Assembly: GCA_001275005.1 (NCBI GenBank)
Contig: JWZX01002518.1
Coordinates: forward strand, 1 to 45,360
Reading direction: 5' to 3'
DNA from: Chrysochromulina tobinii
Lineage: Eukaryota
Length of the DNA stretch: 45,360 nucleotides
Shown here: piece after piece, positions 1-8,756 of the stretch
Position numbering within the stretch: position 1 is the stretch's first letter
How the letters are laid out: every line of letters begins with the position of its first letter
Translations under genes and position numbers: made by a program
Notes under the pieces: generated by a model
The model's database searches: none
Told to the model about the DNA's origin: nothing
The model's input: the letters and a program-made list of their open reading frames with translations, nothing else

Positions 1-3000
1 CTGCCGATCGTCGGCAAGACCGACGAGCACGTCCGGGAGATGATGAGTGGCATAGACGGAAGCTCTGCGAGCTCGACGCTGCCTGTGCCGATCCCCGTGC
101 GCCCGAGCTCGCCGCCCGGACTCAAGCTCGCGGGTGGCTCGCTTGGCGGCAGCGAAGGCTGTGGGGAGGCAGAAGCAAATGCGGCAAGGCTGGCGATGCT
201 TGATGCGCCTGCGTGGGGAGGCGGCGGCGAGGGTGGTGGCGAAGGCGGTGGACCGGTCACCAGCTCATTGCTTCACACAGAGAGCTGTGTAGCAAGCGAT
301 GCCGTTCAAGGCAGCTCACAAGGCAGCTCAAGCACGGCTCTTGCCTTAACGAGGTCGCCGTCTTCTCCACGCGAGGTGATCACGCTTTGCCTCGAAGGTG
401 ACGTCGACTCTTTTGACGACTCGCGCGAATGCCGATTGAAGCGCGTATTGGCAGAGCTGTTAGGTCCGGAGATCTGCAGCGGGCTTTGCTGGATCCGCAT
501 CGAAAAGCCCAGACTATCCTCCAAGAGGAAGGCAAGGATTGGAACAAAACGGTGCTGCATCCGTGTCGATGTCGACGAATCTCAGCTTCCGCAGCACCGC
601 ACAGCTTCCTACAGCAGTGGCGCTGCTGAGTCGAGCGACAGTCAAAGCGACACGTCCGTCGAGGATTACATTGAGGACAAAGTGAAGGAGCTGACAGAAT
701 TAAGCATCTGGCCTTCTGATGTTGGTGTTGAGGAAATCCAAGTAGTCTTAAGGCGCTTTAGCTCAGTCCTGCTCGTCTTGCTCGTGCACCCCGTTGCGGC
801 GCATGTCCTGTTCCAGCTCGCAAAGCAGCGCGATGAGACGTTGCGGCAGGAGAGCGTGAGGTGCTGCAAGCTTGGAGGTTGCGTCGCACAACTCGACGAC
901 CGTGCGGACATTGAAGACTGCGTTCGCAAGACGTGTGACGCGGAGAGAGAAGCGATCAGTAAGATGCCCGAGTACCGAAAGGAGAAACAACTCATGACCG
1001 CAATTAGAAATGGTGGTGGCGGCGGCGGTGGCGGCGGTGGCGGCGGTGGTGGCGGTGGCGACGGTGGCGACGTCGCCGCGGCCGCCGACGAGAAGGCGGC
1101 GGCCGAAAAGGCGGCGGCCGAAGCGGCGGCCGAGAAGGCGGCGGCTGAGGAGGCGGCGGCTGAGGCCGAGATCGAGATCGACGCCGAGGAGCGCTCGAGG
1201 TGCGAGGCCAACGAAAAGGCTAAGCTTCACGCCGAAGAGGAAGCGCCGGGGGCAGAGCGGCGTGAGGCAGAGCGGCGCGAGGCAGAGCGGCGTGAGGCAG
1301 AGCGGCGCGAGGCAGAGCGGCGTGAGGCAGAGCGGCGCGAGGCAGAGCGGCGTGAGGCAGCAGCGGCAGCCCGTCGCGAGGCGGAGCACGCGGCGGCAGC
1401 AGAGCACGCAGAGGCCGCTCTTCTCAGAAGCGCCTACAGACTCACTCTCGTGGAGCGCGGCGGAGGCGGCGGCGGAGGCGGCGGTGGTCGCGCGCCTGCC
1501 ACTCCTGCATCTGGCTCTCAGCGGCTCTTCGTTTCCTCGGAGCACCTCAAGATCCTCAGGCTGGAAGAGCTGCGCGACCACTGCGAGAAGCTCGGCGTGC
1601 CAAAGAGCGGCAACAAGGGCGAGCTCATCTCTCGCCTCGTGACGGCGAGCATCAGCTATGACAATCTCCTCGTGGAAGACCTCAAGGACATCCTCTACGC
1701 CATGTATCTTCCTGTGAGCGGCAACAAGTCCGAGCTCATCGCGCGCATCATTGGGGACGGTTCCTCTGAGGTGGTCAGAGGCACTCAAAGGCCATCAGAG
1801 GTAATCATAAGCACTCCCTGGCAATCAGAGGGCAAAGGGACCCAAGACGGTCGCGATGGCCACATCGCGTGCTGAGCGAGCACCGTGCGTCCGCGTGTGT
1901 GTGTGCGCAGCAGCAGCAGTACGGGCAATACGGCGGCGGCGGCAAGCAGTACGGCAAGCAGTACGGCAAGCCGCAGCAGCCGCAGTTCGCACAGCCGGCA
2001 ACCCACGAGGTGCGCCCGATTCGCGTGCAATCAGAGGTCATCAGTGGCCATCAAAAGCAATCAGAGACCATCATTGGCAATCAGTGGCCATCAGTAGCAA
2101 TCAATCGCAATTAGCGGCAATCCAGAGGGCACCGGGTTCCAAGATTGCCCCGATGGCCACGACGCGTGCTGAGCGTGCGCCGTGTGTGTGCGTGTGCGCG
2201 TGTTCGCAGGACTTGGAGGCACAGCAGCTTGCTGCAGCTATCGCTGCGAGCCTAACCCTCTCCGGCCCTGTCCCACCACCTCCCCCGCCATCTCTAGCCG
2301 CACGTGTCAAGCGATGGGGAGACGGGCTCGAAGCGCCTGACGGCAGTGACGGTGCTGACTCCGGAGCAGCGGCCGCACCTACGGAGGCTACCGTGACGGC
2401 ACCGGCGTCGGCCAGCTCGCGAGGTGCTTCCAGCGAGCGCCGTGCTCCACGTGCTGTCGACAGAATGTTTCAACAGCACAACCACGGCGAATGGCGCTCG
2501 AAACTCAAGGATCTGGCTCGCGGCGACGTGCACGGCCACTGCGAGAAGCTGCTTGCTATGCAGCGTGGCAACGGTGCATACTCGCTGCGGCCTCTGGGCG
2601 GCGCGGCCCACACGACCAATGCGCCCGAGGTTGACCACATCTTCGAATGTCAAGCAATGGGCGACCTTCTCTTCCGCGTGGACGCGCTGCGGCCGGTGTT
2701 GCGCCAGCTGGACTGGGCGGCGAAGAAGTTTGAGGGGCAGCCCATGGTCGTCCAAAATGCGCTCGCACACGCACGCGAAGTGCACAACCGCCCCGAGTTT
2801 CTCGTGGTCTGCGGCAGCCTCGAAAACAAGAAGAAGCAAGGCGCCTTCCAGAGCAGCCTGAACACCCTCGCCCAGGGCAGAGCGCTCGAGCACGGTCTCG
2901 AGGAGAGCCTTCGAGCCAACTTTAGCCGGGGTGTAGAGCCGTTTGAGTCCACCCAGGCGCGCCAGATGGCTCGGACGGTGGTCGACCTCCTCCGGGGTCT

Positions 3001-3139
3001 CGAGGATCCATTCACAGCAGCGCTGCGTGAGGTGCCACAGGGAGCTGCCCAGGGGCGCGAGCAGCAGGCTCGGTACGATGGGCTCGCAGATGAGGTTGTC
3101 CTGCTATACGAGCATTTCGATATCACGCGGCGCGTCTGA
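1..3139 (+). CDS. Multi-exon protein with two SAP domains, a UIM-like motif and a C-terminal HNH-like domain. Predicted exons <=40..1770, 1911..2009, 2210..3139; frame is open to the window edge.
   Basis: SAP-like LKILRLEELRDHCEKLGVPKSGNKGELISRL (~1546-1638) and YDNLLVEDLKDILYAMYLPVSGNKSELIARI (~1657-1749). Phase-0 GT-AG introns 1771..1910 (alternative donor 1801) and 2010..2209 join three ORFs in frame. THE|DLEAQQLAAAIAASL is UIM-like. EVDHIFECQ...HNRPEFLVVCGSLENKKK is HNH-like. Confidence 0.6.
1252..1356 (+). repeat. 15-bp coding tandem repeat, 7 copies, encoding (AERRE)7
   Basis: GCAGAGCGGCGYGAG x7 read directly from the sequence. Confidence 0.9.
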
Positions 3140-4580
3140 GCCAGGCGTCGACCTCAAGTGCGTGGGCTGTCCATGCAGGTCGGCGGCGGGTGGCGGTACC
3201 ATATCCAGTGATCTTGGCTACATAATCTCGGCGCGTATGTCACGTTGTCGGTAACCCCAAGGGCATGCGGCAAACGGTGAGATCTAACAGATGCGTGTCG
3301 GTACTGTGAGGACTGAGAGTTGGGTGAGACGTGAGGGTTTTGAGACACCGGGCGGTGCGTGTGTCTCATCTTTACGGTGAACGCGCCTCGACGTGACACG
3401 TGTACGCGTATCGGTAAATGGCAGTAACGAGCTAAAACAGGCGTGGAGGGGTATCTGGTGACTTATATGGTGACCGTCTCGCGCGAAGGATCTTCGATGT
3501 TGCATGTTCTCCGGTCCCGCGGCCCGCCGTCCGGGGGGATCGGATCTCGCATCTCCCGTCCGTCGCACGTATCCCGCCTGCCGCCCGCGGACGACTCGCG
3601 TTCCGGAAATCCCCGCGCCGCGACAACCGACATCCCGTCGGGACGCTGTGCGAGGGCGGGTCCGGCGCGCCGGACGCACTGTCGCATCGACGCAAGGGCA
3701 AGCCCCGGCCGGGAGCGGGACGGCTCCGGAGTAACGCCATAAGCGTAACACGCGCGCCGTATGCCGTACCTAACCGCCTCGCGACCCTCGCTCTCCTTGT
3801 ATCGCTCTACAGTGCGACAGTCGCGTCTCGTCACCAGACTTCACCGCGGGACGCGGGGCGGCCCCGCGGCGCGCGCACGCCTCGTCCCTGCTGCTTCCTC
3901 GACCCGGTGCGCGTCCACGTAACCGGTAGAGTCAGACAAGAGAGTACTGTTGTGGGTCGACCGGCCAAGACCCGACTCCCGAGTTCGCGTACTCCGAAGT
4001 CCGATAGGCCGTACCGCCGTACCGCGGGGCGCGCGCGAGCTTTCGAGCTTGGAGCTAGCAGCTTCCACGGTTCCAGCTACAGGTACAGCGAGTTACAGGC
4101 TCGAGGCTGAGAGCTGTAATCCGTCCTCAGCCTCACACACGTGGTTGACACGACACATCAGACGCGCTGAGCAGACATCGCCGCCATGCAGATGCACCGA
4201 CATCACTAAGAACCTAATAACACGTGACTCACGAGATACTGTATGACGGACACTGACCCGGAACGCACGCATAAGATATGTCCTCCAGCGCCTGGAATCC
4301 TCCATGACACATGTACAAATTGCATCCGCCATCACCATCCTAGGGTGCCGTGCTCTAGCATGCCCTCTCTCAATTTCTCGCGTTGTTTATGCGCAACATC
4401 GTGGGAGCTCACTCCTCCATCGTGCGAGCTCACTCCTCGCGCATGGGCGGCAGGTAGGCGCCCCATGGGCGGCGGGTAGGCGGCCCACGGGCGGCGGGTC
4501 GGCGGGAAGGCGGCGGGTAGGCGGCGGCGCCATGGCGGCACGCTCAGCGCGCGATCAGCAGGCCACGTGGCGTGCCCGGC

Positions 4581-6389
4581 TCAGCGCGCGATCAGCAGGC
4601 CATTCAGCCCCGATGCCACGCCGCGCGACGCCGCCTTATCACGCGGGGTCGCGCTGCTCACCTTGCCACTCCCCTTGTTCGCGATGACCACCGGAGGCTT
4701 GTCGAAGGTCGGCATGCCAGGCGCCGCGCCGAGGACCGTGGGCGAGCTCGTCACGTTCGGTCCTGGTCCGTTGCGTTGGAGCAGCTGGCCGCGAACGTCA
4801 TGGCGTGGCGTCGCACCGCCCACCTTGCTGGCCTCACGTGGCGTGGCAGCCGCTACCCTGGACGCCGAGATCGAGTGAAGCAGCGCCGGCGACGAGGCCG
4901 AGCCACCGACGACGGGCGTGGACACCCCCCTGCCTAGTCGCGGCGTCGCACTCGAGATCAGGTCGCGCGGGGTTCGGCTACCGACCGCCCCGCTGCTGAC
5001 CGTCACCTCACGCGGGGTCCTGTGTCCGACGCCTCCACCCCCCTCGCGCGGTGTCGCATGCCCAACCCGACCAACGCCGGCCGACATGCGCCCCTCTCGC
5101 GGCGTCGACCCGCCAACGTTGGCCCCGCGCATAGGTGGCGAGACGCCTCGGCCTAGGGGGTTGAATCCAGGGCCTCGGGGCGTCGCACGCCCGACGCCGC
5201 CATCGCGCGGGGTGGCACCCGCCACAGCGGAGCCCACAGCGGACCCCACAGCGGAGCCCACATGCGCCCCCGTGCCCGCCATGTAGCGCGGCGTCGCCGC
5301 CGCCACCCTCGGTGCGTCGGGCACGGGCGGAGGCAGGGGCGGCGTGTACGGGGGGCAGACGAGCGTGCCCGATCCCTCCACCAGGGGCGGTGGATCCACG
5401 TTGAGCATGGCGAAGCGCGTGTTGCAGAGCATCTCGCGGTCGCCCGGCTCGCAGAAGGTTGCCTCCTCGAGCAACCGGTCGATGATGTACACGTACGTTT
5501 CGCGAGCGACCCGCCGCTTCGGCAGCGACGACGACTGAAAGTGGAGGATGCCTCCTGGGGGCTTGCCGCCGTCGTAGTAGCCGGCGCCAGTGAGCATGGA
5601 GGCGCAAACAAAGGGGCGCGGCGTCGACTGCCAGTCCTTGTCCCGGAAGATCGCGCGGTGCTTCAGCAGCACCTCGACGCACTCAACATGGCCGCCCGCG
5701 CACGCCACCTGCAGCGCTGACGTGAAGCCCTCGCCCACGCGGCCAGGCTCGTCCACCGTCCAGGGATCGAGGGCGAGGAGGGCGGTGAGGGCGAGGTGGT
5801 CGCCATCGCGCGCCGGACCCCACAGCTGCGAGCGCATCACGATCAGCCCCGCGTCCGCGTAGGCCGCCACCAAGTGGCCGATTGTGTATTGGGACTCCTT
5901 CTCCGTCATCTTCTTCGGCTCCTTGGCCGTCGAAGGGGAGGCGTCCTGGCTGCGCGACGAGCCATTCTCACTCGAGCCGTCGCTGTGTTCCTCCTCCTCC
6001 TCCTCGTCATCCCACGAGTCCCTGCGGCAGAGCGCTTTGCGCGCCGCCGTGCGCACCTGCAGACCCTCCTGCCGGCGTGTGCCCGCAAGGAAGTCGACGC
6101 TCCCCGCATCGAGCAGCGGGATGATCCACGTGACGAGCTCGCCGACCTCAAATTGCGAGAGCCCGTCAATCATTTGAACCACCTGCTCCTCGATCGCCTG
6201 CAGCTTCTCCATCAGCTCGCCGAAGGTCTCCTCGTCCTCGCGCGGCCGGCTGATCTGGAAGCCCGAGACCGACTCAAACTTGGCGCGCACCTTGCGCTCG
6301 GCCTCCTTGAGCGAGGGCAGCAGCTTGACGAGTGCATGGTCCGCTGGCACAGGCCGCTGCTGCTTCTTCTTCTTCTTCTTGCCGGCCAT
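4581..6389 (-). CDS. Ankyrin-repeat protein with a disordered TPR-tripeptide-rich C-terminus
   Basis: 602-aa ORF with a poly-Lys N-terminus, ankyrin-like GFTSALQVACAGGHVECVEVLLKHRA and about 11 xxTPR motifs. The 3' end may be spliced. Confidence 0.65.
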   Translation of the reverse strand: MAGKKKKKKQQRPVPADHALVKLLPSLKEAERKVRAKFESVSGFQISRPREDEETFGELMEKLQAIEEQVVQMIDGLSQFEVGELVTWIIPLLDAGSVDFLAGTRRQEGLQVRTAARKALCRRDSWDDEEEEEEHSDGSSENGSSRSQDASPSTAKEPKKMTEKESQYTIGHLVAAYADAGLIVMRSQLWGPARDGDHLALTALLALDPWTVDEPGRVGEGFTSALQVACAGGHVECVEVLLKHRAIFRDKDWQSTPRPFVCASMLTGAGYYDGGKPPGGILHFQSSSLPKRRVARETYVYIIDRLLEEATFCEPGDREMLCNTRFAMLNVDPPPLVEGSGTLVCPPYTPPLPPPVPDAPRVAAATPRYMAGTGAHVGSAVGSAVGSAVAGATPRDGGVGRATPRGPGFNPLGRGVSPPMRGANVGGSTPREGRMSAGVGRVGHATPREGGGGVGHRTPREVTVSSGAVGSRTPRDLISSATPRLGRGVSTPVVGGSASSPALLHSISASRVAAATPREASKVGGATPRHDVRGQLLQRNGPGPNVTSSPTVLGAAPGMPTFDKPPVVIANKGSGKVSSATPRDKAASRGVASGLNGLLIAR

Positions 6390-6512
6390 TGCGGTCGGGC
6401 GGCGAGTTCGACGGCTGCCTCTCGCTCAGCGAGCGCCTCTCCCCTCTTCTTTTGAGCAAAAGCTCGTTGGCGCCGTGCCGGTACGACGCGCCGAAAATTC
6501 ACTGACAACACT

Positions 6513-7606
6513 CTAATCAAAGCCGAGCGGCTCGACGCGGCTGAATGCCTGCTGCAGCCGCTGGAAGGCTTCTCGGGCGCGCGGGTCGGCACACTTGTCC
6601 GGGTGCAGCCGCTTGGCAAGGGCCAGGAAGCGCTTGCGGACTGCCGCGCGCGCCGCCGGCACTGCTGGGTCGAGCCCGAGACAGCGCCATTCACAGGTCG
6701 CGCCCAGCACGGACTCGATCAAGTCCGCAGCCTCGGTAGGCAAGTCCGCAGACGCCTCCGCCACGCCCCTCGCCCCGGACGCGCCGCCCTCAACTGGCGC
6801 GTGGCGCTCGCGCTCGAGACGGCGCTCGAGCTCGCGCAGTGTCTCGACGAGTGGCTCAAGCAGCTGATCAGTCCGCCGCGGCCGCGACGGCCGGCCAGCG
6901 CCCACCTGAGTGTCGTCCGAGGCGGCGGAGGCGGTGGAGGCGGCGGAGGCGGTGGAGACGGTGGAGGCGGTGGAGGCGGACGAAAAGGTGCGTGCAGGCA
7001 GTGGGGCTGTCGACGGTACGCTCGGCGGCGGCACGCCCCTCCCCGGGCTTGCGGCCTCCTTGTACTTCGTGAGCTCCTCGAGGGCATGCAGCAGCCCTCG
7101 GGAGGGCTTCTCAAATGAGGTACCTCCGAGCGTGCTTGGGAGCCGTTGAGCCGCCGGCCCCCGCGCACAGCCCAAACCCATCGTATGCAGGAATGGGGTG
7201 CCCGCGACGGCGCCCTCCGAGGGGGCCCTCGCTCGCTCCGCGCCCATGTACCTCGCGTACTGCAAGGCGGCCTCCTCGGCCGTCGCGAAGCTGCCGAGGT
7301 ACCTCTTCTCGGGATGCGTGCCATACCTGCGCAGCTCGACTGTATACCTGCCCTTATGTATACCTGTGCGCACGCCCTTGTAGCCGGACTGGCTGTTCCA
7401 CGACGGTTCCAGCTCGAGCCCCTCGGCCGCCGCGGCCGCCCTCACCTCCTCCACCGTGAGGGGCTGCGGCTTGGGCTGTTTCTTCGGCTTGGGCTGCGGG
7501 TACGGAGGTCGCTGGGGCGCGGGGGCGGCAGCCGTGGGTCGATCCGGTGCCCAACTCGGCGCCGGCTTGGGCGGCGGCGGCGGCGCGGCAGTCCATCCAC
7601 CCGGCA

Positions 7607-7640
<34 letters not shown>

Positions 7641-8580
7641 ATGAGGCGGCGGCGGCGGCGGCGGCGGTACAGACTCTGGTTGTGGCGGGGCCACTGCGAC
7701 GGGTGCGGTGGCTGCGGTGGAGTCGGGCTGAGCAGTGCAGGGCGTGGGCGACGGCGCTGGCCCTGGGCACAGCCCTTGGCAAACCTCGCTCTCTTCGACC
7801 GCGTCTGCCTCGTCATCGAACAGCTCAGGCTGATGCGCGCACTCATGCCTATAGAGCCCTCCATTCGATATGGACGCCTTCCCACAGACGGGGCAGGCGT
7901 GTGTGAGCTCATCCATGTGTTGCTCGCTCTCACGAGGACGGCTTCCGGATCGCTTGCCAGGGGCCACAGCGACCTGCTTGGTCTCGGCCATCAGCCAAGG
8001 GTGATGCTTGCGCCGGTGCTGGTCACCTGTCTCCTCCTCAGTGTACCTTTCGCTGTCCTCCTCTTCCTCCTCCTCGCCCTCGTCCTCCTCCTCCTCCTCC
8101 TCCTCCTCCTCCTCCTCCTCCTCCTCTGCCTCTTCCAGACATGCATCATCTGACCTCGCGTCTGAATTTCGCCGCTCGCTTATCGTCTCGCCCGGCCGCT
8201 CGACAAACGCTCTGCGCTCAAACTTGACGGGCTCGTGACCAAAGTCACAATCCCTGAACCCATCGGAATCCTTCCCAATGACGCGGCCATGGACGAGGGC
8301 CGACCGCCACGATTTCGGATGCGTAGCCTGGGCCCACTGCTGCCCCAAAGCGAGAGCCTCGATCGCGACGACATCGCCTGCCATGAGCGCCCGGCTCGTC
8401 CCCTCCGGTAGGCGAATCCTCCTACGCCGCCGCTTCGTGCCTTTGATGAGCTGCGGCTCGCACTCGGACGCTGCACGGCTGCGATCACGCACGCCGTCCT
8501 CTTCGACCATGTACCGCAACGTCGGCGTTATCCATCGGCCGCTCGACGTGTTGAGCACGCGGCTCCTCGCGGCTTGCATG
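6513..8580 (-). CDS. Protein with acidic tract, C2H2-like finger, poly-Pro, AP2/ERF DNA-binding domain and C-terminal DnaJ (J) domain
   Basis: CPVCGKASISNGGLYRHECAH; AP2-like SGYKGVRTGIHKGRYTVELRRYG...RYLGSFATAEEAALQYARY; J-domain LGLDP...VRKRFLALAKRLHPDKCADPRAREAFQRLQQAF with intact HPD. First ATG is at 8580 but the true start is uncertain. Confidence 0.7.
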
Positions 8581-8756
8581 CCACGTGAGCGGAGGGAAAG
8601 GTGTCGCGGAAATTCACAGTCGAGGCTCGAGCGAGTAAAGTTCAAGTTCACTTGTCACTTGGAAAGGACTTGACGTGACTATAGTTCCGCCGCCTCAACG
8701 GGCTGCGCAGCTGGCTCGTGTCGGTTGGCATGCTGACTTGTCTTGACTTGGAAGTA

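Noticed and set aside
3284..4687. Short overlapping ORFs between the first two genes
   Set aside because: Arg/Pro/Ala-rich compositional ORFs, many with non-ATG starts and no recognisable domains.
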